Source: an uncultured Verrucomicrobiota bacterium (GTDB lineage: Bacteria > Verrucomicrobiota > Verrucomicrobiia > Limisphaerales > UBA9464). Taken from it: a DNA stretch of 64,000 nucleotides. The DNA lies in assembly GCA_903896505.1 (NCBI GenBank), contig CAITXU010000287.1:21308-85307 (forward strand), written 5' to 3'. Shown here piece after piece: positions 37,526-47,918 of the stretch (the first letter of the stretch is position 1; each line of letters begins with the position of its first letter). The notes below the pieces were generated by a model. The model was not told where the DNA came from and did not search any database. It saw nothing but the letters and a program-made list of their open reading frames with translations. The translations under genes and the position numbers were made by a program.

Positions 37526-40411
37526 ATGCGTCAACTCAGCATTTTTGTCGTTCCTCTCGGCAAAGTCGGATGGCTGGCTGTTCTTCTGACTGCGTTGAAG
37601 CTGGCAGCCAGCCCTGAAACTGGTTCATCGCTGAAGACCAATGAGTTGCATTGGGCATTCCAACCGGTTCACGGATTCTCCAACCCGGAGTCGGCGAGGC
37701 AGACGCAGCCACTCGAACGCCAGGTCCCGACCACGGCCCTCGATGACGTGGTCTCCCGCGGCCTATCCTCCCGCGGCCTTGCTCTTTCACCCGAAGCCGA
37801 CCGCCCCACCCTTCTGCGCCGTCTGGCTCTCGACCTGACCGGGTTGCCGCCGACCCCTGCCGAGGTGGATGCCTTCGTGACGGATACCTCACCGGAAGCC
37901 TACGACCGCGTTGTGGAGCGGTTGCTGGCCTCCCCCCATTACGGGGAGAAATGGGCCCGCTGGTGGCTCGATGCCGCCCGCTATGCAGACTCGAATGGAT
38001 TTGAGAAGGACCGCACCCGAAGCATCTGGCCCTACCGCGATTGGGTTATTGGGGCGTTGAATCGAGACTTGCCCTTCGATCAATTCACCCGGGAACAGCT
38101 GGCGGGGGACTTGTTGCCGAATCCGACACTCGATCAACGCATTGCCACCGGGTTCTTGAGGAATTCGATGGTCAACATGGAGGGCGGGATCGAGCCGGAG
38201 AAATTTCGGGTCGAGTCGATCATCGACCGGGTGGACTGCGTCGGGCGGACGTGGCTGGGGCTGACCATCGCCTGCGCCCAGTGCCACGAACACAAGTACG
38301 ACCCCATCCCGCAGGCCGATTACTACCGCTTTTTCGCATTTTTCAATCAGGACGCGGAACCCCGGATTGAAGTTCCGTCCTCTGACCAGCAATCGCGACG
38401 TTCGGAAATCTCTGCCAAGGCGCGGGCTTGGGAGACGGCCCTTCAGACCAATCCGGTGGTCAGTGCGGGAAGCCTTGAACAGTGGGAAACGCAGGAACTT
38501 CCCAAGCTCATTGGAGGCTGGAAGGTGTTGCGTCTCCGCGAATGGCATTCCCAACCGATGAAATACGAGCTTCAGGAGGATGGCTCACTCCTGGGGGGCG
38601 GCGATGTCTACAATCACGGTGTCATTCGCATCTGGGCCGATGTGATGGAGACCAACATTACCGGGTTCCGGCTCGAGGCGTTGAACAGTGGCAATCTCCC
38701 GTTTCACGGCCCCGGCCTGGATGGAAATGGTCAATTTCAGGTTTGTGAATTCACCGTCGAAGCCACACCCATTTCGGAACTTGCCGCGACAAACGCTGGA
38801 AGCACCCATTTTTCGGCCACCACCAACCTGATTCGATTCAGCCGGGCTTTGGCAGACCAGGAGTCGCCGAACTATCCGGCCTCAGGCTTGATTGACGGCA
38901 ACAAAGACAATGGAGGGTGGGGTATCGATTTCACTGCGGGACGCAGGAATGAGGAGCGTCGGGCCGTTGTGGAAGCCGAGAAACCGGTCGGTTTCGTCGG
39001 TGGCACCCGGCTTCTGATCACGCTATGGCAGAAGCCAAAAGACTCACCGCTTTCCAACCAAATACTGGGCCGGTTCCGACTCAGTTACACCACTCAACCG
39101 GGGCCCTTGGTGGTGGACCCGCTCAGCGAACGTCAACGTCACATCCTCGCCACTGCTCCGGCCAAGAGGACCGAGGCCCAGAAAAACGAGTTGCTGCACG
39201 TTTACCATTTCTCACAGCCGACCTTGGCTGCGAGCGCCCGGGGCTGGGATGAATTGTGGAAGGATTGGCCTGCCGCGGACAATACCACCCTGGCGATGGA
39301 AGCACGGGAACCGGTCCGAACCACCCGCGTTTTCAAGCGAGGCGACTGGCAAAAGCCGTTGGACGCCGTATCTCCCGCCGTACCCCAAGTCCTGCCAGCG
39401 TTGGCTCCAGATGCTTCTCCAAATCGGTTGGGGCTGGCGAATTGGCTGGTCGATTCACGCAATCCCCTGACTTCCCGGGTCATCGTCAACCGGGTTTGGC
39501 AGTCCTACTTCGGTCAGGGTTTGGTGATCACCTCCGAGGATTTTGGCACCCGGGCGGAGAAGCCCGTCTATCCTGAGCTGCTCGATGGTCTGGCCTCCGA
39601 GTTCATGACCCCGCAGCAATCGCTTTCTTCCGAGGCGGGTGTGGGTGGGCCTAAACCTTGGTCCCTCAAGCATATCCACCGCCTGATCGTCCATTCCAGC
39701 GTCTACCGCCAATCCTCGAGGGTTACACCGGAGATGGCGGAGCAGGACCCCGCCAATCGCTGGCTCGCCCGTGCCTCGCGTTTTCGCCTCGATGCCGAGG
39801 GCATTCAGGATGTGGCCCTGAAGACCAGTGGACTCCTTTCCCGCAAGATCGGCGGACCCAGTGTTTTCCCTCCCCTCCCGGACGGCGTGATGGCGATGGC
39901 GTACGGACAGATTCCCTGGAATGTCAGTGAGGGTGAGGACCGGTACCGCCGAGCCTTGTACACCTTCTGGAAACGCAGCGTTCCGTATCCAGCTTTGACC
40001 CTTTTCGATGCCCCGCAGGCGGAACAGAGCTGCGTGCGCCGGGTTCGTTCCAACACCCCGTTGCAGGCACTGGTCACGCTCAATGAGCCGACGTTCAATC
40101 AAGCAGCCCGTTGGCTTGCCTGGAGGGCATTGAATTCGGCCGGTCCATCGGAAACAGAGCGGGCCACCTGGATTTTCCGTCAATGCCTCGGGCGTCAGCC
40201 CAATGCGCGTGAAGTGGAACGTCTTCGAGGCCTCTGGACGACGGCGCGGGAGGAATACGTAGGACAGCCCCGGGCGGCGGCTGAATTTGCCTTTGCCGAT
40301 CCACGCAATCCGGCCCCCTTGCCGCCGGACACCTCCATTCCAGACCTGGCAGCCTGGTCGGTCGTCAGCCGTGCTGTGTTGAATTTGGACGAGGCACTGA
40401 CCCGCGACTAG
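37526..40411 (+). CDS. DUF1549/DUF1553 (PSCyt2/PSD1) protein
   Basis: Signal peptide from the Met at 37526. CAQCHEHKYDP cytochrome-like motif. Length about 960 aa. Confidence 0.85.
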   Translation: MRQLSIFVVPLGKVGWLAVLLTALKLAASPETGSSLKTNELHWAFQPVHGFSNPESARQTQPLERQVPTTALDDVVSRGLSSRGLALSPEADRPTLLRRLALDLTGLPPTPAEVDAFVTDTSPEAYDRVVERLLASPHYGEKWARWWLDAARYADSNGFEKDRTRSIWPYRDWVIGALNRDLPFDQFTREQLAGDLLPNPTLDQRIATGFLRNSMVNMEGGIEPEKFRVESIIDRVDCVGRTWLGLTIACAQCHEHKYDPIPQADYYRFFAFFNQDAEPRIEVPSSDQQSRRSEISAKARAWETALQTNPVVSAGSLEQWETQELPKLIGGWKVLRLREWHSQPMKYELQEDGSLLGGGDVYNHGVIRIWADVMETNITGFRLEALNSGNLPFHGPGLDGNGQFQVCEFTVEATPISELAATNAGSTHFSATTNLIRFSRALADQESPNYPASGLIDGNKDNGGWGIDFTAGRRNEERRAVVEAEKPVGFVGGTRLLITLWQKPKDSPLSNQILGRFRLSYTTQPGPLVVDPLSERQRHILATAPAKRTEAQKNELLHVYHFSQPTLAASARGWDELWKDWPAADNTTLAMEAREPVRTTRVFKRGDWQKPLDAVSPAVPQVLPALAPDASPNRLGLANWLVDSRNPLTSRVIVNRVWQSYFGQGLVITSEDFGTRAEKPVYPELLDGLASEFMTPQQSLSSEAGVGGPKPWSLKHIHRLIVHSSVYRQSSRVTPEMAEQDPANRWLARASRFRLDAEGIQDVALKTSGLLSRKIGGPSVFPPLPDGVMAMAYGQIPWNVSEGEDRYRRALYTFWKRSVPYPALTLFDAPQAEQSCVRRVRSNTPLQALVTLNEPTFNQAARWLAWRALNSAGPSETERATWIFRQCLGRQPNAREVERLRGLWTTAREEYVGQPRAAAEFAFADPRNPAPLPPDTSIPDLAAWSVVSRAVLNLDEALTRD

Positions 40412-40445
40412 ACCAACGTAAAGAAATTTCCCAATTGCAGAAGGT

Positions 40446-41891
40446 ATGAACCTGGACTCCGAATTTTTCGCCGAACGCCGGCAGCACCTCTCCCGTCGCT
40501 GGTTTTTCAAGGATTGCGCCATGGGCTTGGGCGGTTTGGCACTGGCCTCTCTTCTCAATGGCTCCCGGGCGGATGCCGCAGTTCCTTCGGCATCCATGCG
40601 CGGTGTGAAGCTGCCGCACTTTGCCGGGCGGGCCAAATCGGTCATCTACCTGTTTATGGCCGGGGCTCCCAGCCAGCTCGAATTATTCGATTACAAGCCG
40701 ACGCTGGCCAAATACAACGGGCAACCGGTCCCCAAGGATATCCTGGGCGGGCAAACCTACGCCTTCATCAAACCCGATTCAGCCATTTACGCTCCAGAAT
40801 TCAAGTTCGAGCGGCACGGTCAATCCGGTCAGTGGATGAGCGAAGCACTGCCCCATCTGTCCCAAGTGGCGGATGACATTGCGGTGGTGCGCTCGGTATC
40901 CACCGATGCCTTTAACCATGCCCCAGGCCAGATATTCATGAACACCGGCTCCCAACAGTTTGGGCGACCGAGCTTCGGGTCCTGGGTGAGCTACGGTCTG
41001 GGCAGTGAATCACAAGACCTACCGGCCTTTGTGGTTCTCAACTCAGCAGGTGGACTCAGCGGGGGCGCGGGAAACTACGGTGCCGGATTCCTTCCCACCG
41101 TCCATCAGGGAGTTCTCTTTCGCAAAGGGGCCGACCCGGTGCTCTACCTGTCGAATCCGAAGGGAATGAGCGGTAACCTCCAGCGCAAAACCCTCGATGT
41201 CATCAAGGAGCTGAACGAAGAGCGGTTGGGGATCGTTGGGGACCCGGAAATCGCCACCCGCATTAATTCCTTCGAGCTGGCCTATCGGATGCAGATGAGT
41301 GCTCCGGAATTGGTTGACTTGTCTCGCGAATCCGCCGCCACACTGGAGTCATACGGCGCAGAACCGGGCAAGGCTTCCTTCGCCAACAACTGTCTTCTGG
41401 CCCGCCGGATGGTGGAGCGCGGCGTTCGATTCGTGCAGTTGTTCCACGAGGCTTGGGACCACCACAGCGACGTCAAAGGCGGAGTCAAAGCCCAGGCGGG
41501 TATCACCGACAAAGCCTGCGCCGCCCTAATTAAGGACCTCAAGCAACGGGGCCTCTTGGATTCCACTCTCGTGGTTTGGGGCGGTGAATTTGGGCGGACC
41601 CCCCAGGTGGAGGGTAGCATCGAATTGGAACGTTCCCTGGGACGTGACCATCATCCCCAAGCCTTCAGCATGTGGATGGCCGGCGGCGGGGTTAAAGCGG
41701 GATTGTCCCTCGGTGAGACCGACGACTTCGGGTTCAACGTGGTCAAGGACAAGGTCCATGTGCACGATTTGCACGCCACCTTGATGCACTTGCTCGGTTT
41801 CAACCACGAGAAGCTGACCTACCGCTTCCAGGGTCGGGACTTCCGATTGACCGACGTGTTTGGCGACGTGGTGACGCCGCTACTGGCGTAG
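40446..41891 (+). CDS. DUF1501 (sulfatase-fold) protein with Tat-like signal
   Basis: [44 protein letters not shown] and GRDHH are present. Confidence 0.85.
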   Translation: MNLDSEFFAERRQHLSRRWFFKDCAMGLGGLALASLLNGSRADAAVPSASMRGVKLPHFAGRAKSVIYLFMAGAPSQLELFDYKPTLAKYNGQPVPKDILGGQTYAFIKPDSAIYAPEFKFERHGQSGQWMSEALPHLSQVADDIAVVRSVSTDAFNHAPGQIFMNTGSQQFGRPSFGSWVSYGLGSESQDLPAFVVLNSAGGLSGGAGNYGAGFLPTVHQGVLFRKGADPVLYLSNPKGMSGNLQRKTLDVIKELNEERLGIVGDPEIATRINSFELAYRMQMSAPELVDLSRESAATLESYGAEPGKASFANNCLLARRMVERGVRFVQLFHEAWDHHSDVKGGVKAQAGITDKACAALIKDLKQRGLLDSTLVVWGGEFGRTPQVEGSIELERSLGRDHHPQAFSMWMAGGGVKAGLSLGETDDFGFNVVKDKVHVHDLHATLMHLLGFNHEKLTYRFQGRDFRLTDVFGDVVTPLLA

Positions 41892-42159
41892 TCGATTGCG
41901 AGGATCGCGGGGAGCGTCGTTTCGCTTCCGGGTGTTACCGGTCCCGCAAGTCGTCGCTCGTCGTCAGACGGCCCTGATCAGTGTGGAAACCACATTTCGG
42001 CCAAGAAGGAACGGCGACACTGGATCATCCACGGTCGGCCAACGTGGGGAACTGATTTCCAACATCCAAGGGTATCTCCCGCGTCAAAGTGAGTTGTAAA
42101 AACCCTGCACATTCCGTTGGACGTTGAAGTAGAAACCATACCCTTTATCCTTTCAGACG

Positions 42160-43875
42160 ATGTCGGCGACCAATTTTAACACAAAAAACGATACCTATCG
42201 CAAGTTGATGGGTAACGGGCTGACTTATCGTATTCCGCGCTTTCAGCGCGATTACAGTTGGACCGAGGAGGAATGGGAAGACCTCTGGATGGACATTCTG
42301 GGGACGATCAAGCCGGGCGGTGAACCTGCTCATTACATGGGCTATCTTGTGCTCCAGTCTGAGAACGACAAGGTCTTCGATGTTATTGATGGTCAGCAGA
42401 GGCTGACGACATTGACGCTCATCGTTCTGGCGGTGTTGAAAAACCTTCAGCGACTAATTGATGAGAACAAGGACGCGGACCGCAACACGCAGCGACTCGG
42501 TCAAATTCGCCAGACCTACATCGGCTATCTGGATCCGGTCACGCTCGTGTCCCGGTCGAAGCTGATACTCAATCGAAACAACGACACTTACTTTCAGAGC
42601 TACCTCGTTCCGTTGGGTCATCTGCCGGTGCGCGGCTTTCGTGCCTCCGAGCATGGTTTGCGCAAGGCGTTCGAGTGGTTTGACAGGCGCATCGCCGTCT
42701 TCGCGGCCGAACACGGCGGCGCCCCGGGCGTATCGCTCGCCCAGTTCGTCGAATCCATGAGCGACAAGCTCTTTTTCACGGTCATCACCGTCACAGATGA
42801 ACTCAACGCCTACAAGGTCTTCGACACGTTGAACGCTCGCGGCGTGCGGCTTTCCGCTACTGACCTCCTTAAGAACTACCTCTTCTCCGTGCTTCACAAG
42901 GACGGTCAGCATGAGCACGAAATGAAGTCGCTGGAGGATCGCTGGGAGGCGATGGTGGGGCGTTTGGGCAGTGAGAGCTTTCCCGATTTCCTGCGCGTCC
43001 ACTGGAATAGCCGGTTCGCGTTCGTTCGCCAGACCGAATTATTCAAAACCATTCGTGGGAAAATTTCCACGCGCGATGCGGTCTTTATCCTCATCCGGCA
43101 GATGGAGGAGGACATGGACGCCTACATGGCACTGACGCAGCCGGAAACGTCGCATTGGGCGCCCGCCCTAAAGCAGTATGCCTCTGATCTACGCATGTTC
43201 AGCGTGCGGCAGCCGTTCCCGCTCCTGATGGCGGCGCGGCGTGTCCTGCCAGATGCCGCGTTCCAGACCGTGCTGCGCGCCTGCGTCATAATTTCGTTCC
43301 GGTACAATGTCATTGGCAGCCAGCCGACCCATGAACAGGAACGCGTCTACAATGCCGTGGCCGAAAAAATAGCCGGACGTCAGCTGGCAGATCCCGGCCA
43401 GATGCTGACCGCAATGGCTTCGGTTTATCCTGGCGATGACGCCTTTCGTGCAGCCTTCACTGAGAAATCCATGCGCACCACTCAGTCGCGCAACAAGCGA
43501 ATCGTCCGCTACATTCTCTGCGCGTTGGAAAAGCGCCTCACCGGCATGGCGCTCGACTTTGACAGCGACAGTTTCAATCTCGAACACATCCTCCCAGAGA
43601 ACCCTGAGGTGGGCTGGGAATCTTTCTCAGACGACGAGGTGGAGGCGCTGGCTTACCGCATTGGCAACCTGACGTTGCTTTCAAAGGGCGCGAACAAAGA
43701 CCTGGGCAACGCACCCTTCCCAATCAAGAAGACCGTTTACACCGCCAGTAGCTTCAGCATCACCAAAAAGATCGCGGAGGATAATGCCGACTGGATTCCC
43801 GAGCGGTTGGCCGCACGCCAGAACTGGATGGCCCATCAGGCCACCACCATCTGGCGCATTGACCAACTCTCTTGA
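42160..43875 (+). CDS. GmrSD-like type IV restriction enzyme (DUF262 N-terminal, DUF1524 C-terminal)
   Basis: YRIPRFQRDYSWTEEEWEDLW and IDGQQRLTTL mark DUF262. NLEHILPENP ... IGNLTLLSKGANKDLGN marks the DUF1524 His-Me finger. Confidence 0.8.
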   Translation: MSATNFNTKNDTYRKLMGNGLTYRIPRFQRDYSWTEEEWEDLWMDILGTIKPGGEPAHYMGYLVLQSENDKVFDVIDGQQRLTTLTLIVLAVLKNLQRLIDENKDADRNTQRLGQIRQTYIGYLDPVTLVSRSKLILNRNNDTYFQSYLVPLGHLPVRGFRASEHGLRKAFEWFDRRIAVFAAEHGGAPGVSLAQFVESMSDKLFFTVITVTDELNAYKVFDTLNARGVRLSATDLLKNYLFSVLHKDGQHEHEMKSLEDRWEAMVGRLGSESFPDFLRVHWNSRFAFVRQTELFKTIRGKISTRDAVFILIRQMEEDMDAYMALTQPETSHWAPALKQYASDLRMFSVRQPFPLLMAARRVLPDAAFQTVLRACVIISFRYNVIGSQPTHEQERVYNAVAEKIAGRQLADPGQMLTAMASVYPGDDAFRAAFTEKSMRTTQSRNKRIVRYILCALEKRLTGMALDFDSDSFNLEHILPENPEVGWESFSDDEVEALAYRIGNLTLLSKGANKDLGNAPFPIKKTVYTASSFSITKKIAEDNADWIPERLAARQNWMAHQATTIWRIDQLS

Positions 43876-43909
43876 TGCCCTTGACCAAAAAGTATGAACG
43901 CAATCCGTA

Positions 43910-45105
43910 TCAACGTGCCTTGGATTTTAACCCCAACGCCTTCATTCGTGAAAGCAATGTCGTTGGGTTCATTCTTAGAATCGAGGCAGCTCCGGATTCC
44001 CCAAATATCTTGTCGTGGCTCCTCCTCAATGCGTTCTCGATGATTTCCCTTTCCAGTCGCTTCCATTCGTCGCGGGTGACGATAGTCTGAGGCTTTTCGG
44101 CATCCGGGGTTCCGATGGACGGGCATGGCCGGGATTCGAAGCGAGCAGGGATTCAAGGTCCAGCTTGGAGCCCTGTGCCAGAATCATGGCTCGCTCAATG
44201 GTGTTCTGCAATTCACGGACATTGCCCTGCCAATCGAGGGCCGAGAGACGATCGGCCTGTGCTTTTGTCAATCGAGGCGGAGGCCGATTCATCTTTTTCG
44301 AAATCAGCCCGATGAAATTGGCCGCCAGCAACGGGATATCCTGCCGACGCTCGCGAAGCGGCGGAATCTCCAGTGGGAAAACACTGAGTCGATAAAACAG
44401 ATACTGTCGGAACCGCCCTAAGTCAGCCTCCTTCTTCAGGTCACGATTGGTGGCCGCGACGATGCGCACGTCAATCTTACGGGTTCTGGAATCCCCCACA
44501 CGTTCGATCTCCTGCTCCTGCAACACACGCAGGAGTTTCGCCTGGATGGCCAACTGGATTTGTTGCAGGACCTTTTTGATTCTCGGGCTGGTGCCGATAA
44601 TGTTGTGATGCCCCAGTGCGTCGCTTACCTCCTCACGCAGGTAGTTGTTTTCCAGCTCAAGTCGTTCCTTGAGTGATGCAATCTCTTCAAACGCCCTTGC
44701 ATTCACAATACTCACGGCTGCCTGGTCGGCACACACCCGCAACCAGACAAGGTCCTCCTCACTGAGGACCGTCCGGTCCCAGACCTCAAGTACACCCAGT
44801 GTCTCACCGCGGAAGTGTAAAGGTTGGGCGGCGTCGTCTCTGATCCTCTCTTCTCTCACCCATTCGGGATAAACAATCCATTCTTCATCCGGATCCACTG
44901 TCAGCTTCCGCACCGGCAAGGAAGAACTGACAACGCCCTGTTTCCCATCGATATCAGCACGTGGCAGATCATGGATGGAAAACTGTATTTCACATTGAAT
45001 CCTGAAATTCAAAAGGCCTTGAACCAGGATATCCATGGGAACTTTGAAAAGGCGGCCCACAACATGCCTGGACTTGTCGCAAAGCACGGTAAATAAAGCG
45101 AACAA
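43910..45105 (-). pseudogene. sigma-54-dependent enhancer-binding protein relic (GAF-AAA+-HTH) with deleted ATPase core and frameshifted HTH
   Basis: The ORF reads IIGTSPRIKKVLQQIQL|AIQAKLLRVLQEQEIERVG...DVRIVAATNRDL...GNVRELQN. The ~95 aa that normally hold Walker A, GAFTGA and Walker B are absent (junction near 44550). The Fis-type HTH (REIIENALRRSHDKIFGESGAASILRMNPTTLLSRMKALGL) is in another frame, ending at stop 43910..43912. Confidence 0.75.
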
Positions 45106-45145
45106 GACGAACGGTTGGAGGCGACGGTGTCCGACCGGTTTTCAG

Positions 45146-45254
45146 GTTGCTCGCTCCTCATAGACTACTCCGGGTATGCTCGTCGTTCGTCGCCTTGCGG
45201 GAGCCGAAAATCGCTCGCGGCAAACTGTAAGCCATTTCGGAAGCATGACACTAG
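45146..45254 (+). repeat. ~110-nt dispersed element, copy B
   Basis: Second copy of the element at 27616..27725, in the same orientation. Confidence 0.8.
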
Positions 45255-45814
45255 TCCACTTGGGCCTGGAGCTGAACCTTCCGCAGTTTGGCGCGAAACC
45301 TCATGCTGGGTTCCAAGGCCTTCCATCGGTCCGGGGCACTGGGTCCGAACAGGTCCAGTTTCCCGCCCCCAAAGGTGGAGAGCGGTTGGTCTTTCCCCTC
45401 GTTCCTTGGCGATTCGATGGCTTCGGCCTCGACTTCTGCCAGTGTGAGCCAACCTGCCTCCAGTTTGAAGACGGCAAAGACCGGCTTGCGGATGGCACCT
45501 TTGTCCGGGCTGTCAGTGATCATGGCGTGCAATTGCGCTGGGGTGGTGCCCTGAGGCAGCGTGAAGCTGGCATCGTACCAGTCGTTCGATCTAACTCCCT
45601 TATAACGAAGGTTGTGGCCAGTAATTGTAACGGTGACCCCGTTCTTTGAATCGGGTTCCCCGTAGCTTCCTGTTCCTGCCCAAGTCCCTTGCAGTGGCTG
45701 GGATCCGTCGGCGTCGGGCGAAGCGACTGTTGCACCGAGTTGCGCGCGGACGGTTGCCCCGGTGAGACAGAGATTCAGTGCGACCAAGCGGAGCACCAAG
45801 ACGGGTAAAACCAT
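45251..45814 (-). CDS. secreted hypothetical protein (possibly TIGR03067-like)
   Basis: Signal peptide MVLPVLVLRLVALNLCLTGATVRA. LQGTWAG...FKLEAGWLTL loosely resembles the PVC TIGR03067 family. Confidence 0.4.
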   Translation of the reverse strand: MVLPVLVLRLVALNLCLTGATVRAQLGATVASPDADGSQPLQGTWAGTGSYGEPDSKNGVTVTITGHNLRYKGVRSNDWYDASFTLPQGTTPAQLHAMITDSPDKGAIRKPVFAVFKLEAGWLTLAEVEAEAIESPRNEGKDQPLSTFGGGKLDLFGPSAPDRWKALEPSMRFRAKLRKVQLQAQVD

Positions 45815-45977
45815 GGTGCGAGTGAACGTCAATGGGGCGCGAGGCGCAAGGGAGAGAGTCATCAGCGGCTCGCTTCGGTTTCAGCATGTGTTTTCTTGGT
45901 CACCCCCCAATGTTTCTGGCTTTCGCCCACGCGAATTCCTGACAGCCTCTTCCAGGCAGTGGAATCCGTGCCTTCCA

Positions 45978-47912
45978 ATGAAAGCCCAATCATACCCCGT
46001 CCCTCTCTCCGCTGTCGCACTCATGGCTGGATGCCTCATCATGCTCGGAGACGACCCGGTTCAATCTCCTGTTACTCCCATGACGGTGGACACGGTCCCC
46101 AGCTATGAGCAGGTCCGACCCGAAGCTGATTTTATCCGTAGGGTAGCCGAAATTCCGATGCGGGATGGAGTGAAACTCTACACCGTCATCATCATGAAGA
46201 AGGGGACCCAAGGCGGGCCCATTCTGCTGACCCGGACACCCTATGATGCCAAACACATGGCCGCCCGTACCGCCAGCCAGCGGATTACGGAAATCCTGCC
46301 GGTCATGGATGCGGATTTCGTCGAGGACAATTATATCCGGGTCTATCAGGACATTCGCGGACTTCATCATTCCGAAGGGGAGTTTGTCATGAATCGACCC
46401 ATCATTGGGCCATTGAATGATTCCAAAGTCGACGAATCCACCGACGCCTGGGACACCATTGATTGGCTGGTAAAAAACGTTCCCGAAGGCAACGGCAAGG
46501 TGGGCGTGATCGGTTCCTCCTATCCTGGTTTCACCGCTTTGATGGCAGAAATCAATCCTCATCGGGCCCTCAAGGCTGCGGTGCCCCAAAGTCCGATGGT
46601 GGACGGATGGATGGGCGACGACTGGTTTCACAACGGTGCGTTCCGAAATCCGACCATCGATTACGTCGTTCAAAAGGCCACGGCCAAAGCCGATGGTAGT
46701 GGGCCCGCCTTTGGCGTTGGCGACGACTACCGCCGCTATCTCGAGGCTGGCTCGACCGGTGATTTCATCCGCTATTGGGGATTCGATCAGTACCCCTTCC
46801 TGCAGAAGGTCATGCAGAATCCGGCTTACACTGGATTCTGGTCACTGCAGGCCGTCGACAAATGGATGGCCGCACAGGAGTTGTCCGTGCCCACGATGCT
46901 GGTGGTCGGGCAATGGGATCAGGAGGATTCGTATGGTGCCCCTGCGGTCTATGAGGCGCTCGAACCGAAGGATAAGAACAACGACCGGGTGTTTCTTGTC
47001 ATTGGCCCGTGGCGTCATTCCGGTGTCAATCACTACGGCTATAGCCTCGGTGGGTTGAATTTTACCGGCGATACCGCCGAGGAATTCCGAGCCCGATTCC
47101 TCAAGCCATTCCTGGACCATCATTTGAAGGGTGCGCCCGATCCCAAGACACCACCTGTCCTCACCTATGCCACCGGCGTCAATCAGTGGGAGGTTTCGCA
47201 GCACTGGCCGGTGGGGAGACCGGTGAAACTCTATTTCCAAGACCGGATGACGGCGTCGTTTCAAGCGCCCGGCACGGCGGTGGACGGTCACGATGATTAT
47301 GTCTCCGACCCGGCAAAGCCGGTTCCGTTCGTTCCGCGTCCGATCAACATGGGCGACGGGGAGCAGTGGAGACCGTGGCTGGTCCATGACCAACGCTTTG
47401 TTTCCGATCGTCCGGATGTCCTGGTCTATGAAACCCGGCCGCTCGACAAACCCGTCCATATTATGGGGCAACCGCAGGTGGACCTCTTTGCCGCCACGTC
47501 GGGCACGGACGGCGATTGGGTGGTCAAGCTGATCGATGTCCATCCCGACACCAGCACGGAAGGAAAGGCTCAAGGAGCACCGGGCGTGGAACTGACCGGG
47601 GCGGAAATACCCATCGGCATTGAAATCTTTCGCGGTCGGTATGTGCACGGCTTTGATAAACCGCAGGCGTTGACCCCCGGAAAAATTGAGGAATACCGGT
47701 GGGGACTTCCCCATGTGGACCATGTCTTCCTGCCCGGCCACAAGATCATGGTTCAGGTGCAGTCCACCCTTTTCCCGTTGTACGATCGGAATCCGCAAAC
47801 CTTTGTGGAAAACATTTTCAACGCCAAGGCCGGGGATTATCAAAAGGCGACCCAAAGCGTCTACCGTGGCCCAACCCATCCCAGTGCCGTGATCCTGCCG
47901 GTTACTGAATGA
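45978..47912 (+). CDS. CocE/NonD family hydrolase (S15 X-Pro dipeptidyl-peptidase-like)
   Basis: ILLTRTPYDAK and VIGSSYPGF (nucleophile elbow), plus a long C-terminal beta-domain. Start at the Met of MKAQSYPVPLSAV. Confidence 0.85.
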   Translation: MKAQSYPVPLSAVALMAGCLIMLGDDPVQSPVTPMTVDTVPSYEQVRPEADFIRRVAEIPMRDGVKLYTVIIMKKGTQGGPILLTRTPYDAKHMAARTASQRITEILPVMDADFVEDNYIRVYQDIRGLHHSEGEFVMNRPIIGPLNDSKVDESTDAWDTIDWLVKNVPEGNGKVGVIGSSYPGFTALMAEINPHRALKAAVPQSPMVDGWMGDDWFHNGAFRNPTIDYVVQKATAKADGSGPAFGVGDDYRRYLEAGSTGDFIRYWGFDQYPFLQKVMQNPAYTGFWSLQAVDKWMAAQELSVPTMLVVGQWDQEDSYGAPAVYEALEPKDKNNDRVFLVIGPWRHSGVNHYGYSLGGLNFTGDTAEEFRARFLKPFLDHHLKGAPDPKTPPVLTYATGVNQWEVSQHWPVGRPVKLYFQDRMTASFQAPGTAVDGHDDYVSDPAKPVPFVPRPINMGDGEQWRPWLVHDQRFVSDRPDVLVYETRPLDKPVHIMGQPQVDLFAATSGTDGDWVVKLIDVHPDTSTEGKAQGAPGVELTGAEIPIGIEIFRGRYVHGFDKPQALTPGKIEEYRWGLPHVDHVFLPGHKIMVQVQSTLFPLYDRNPQTFVENIFNAKAGDYQKATQSVYRGPTHPSAVILPVTE

Positions 47913-47918
47913 CCCGAA

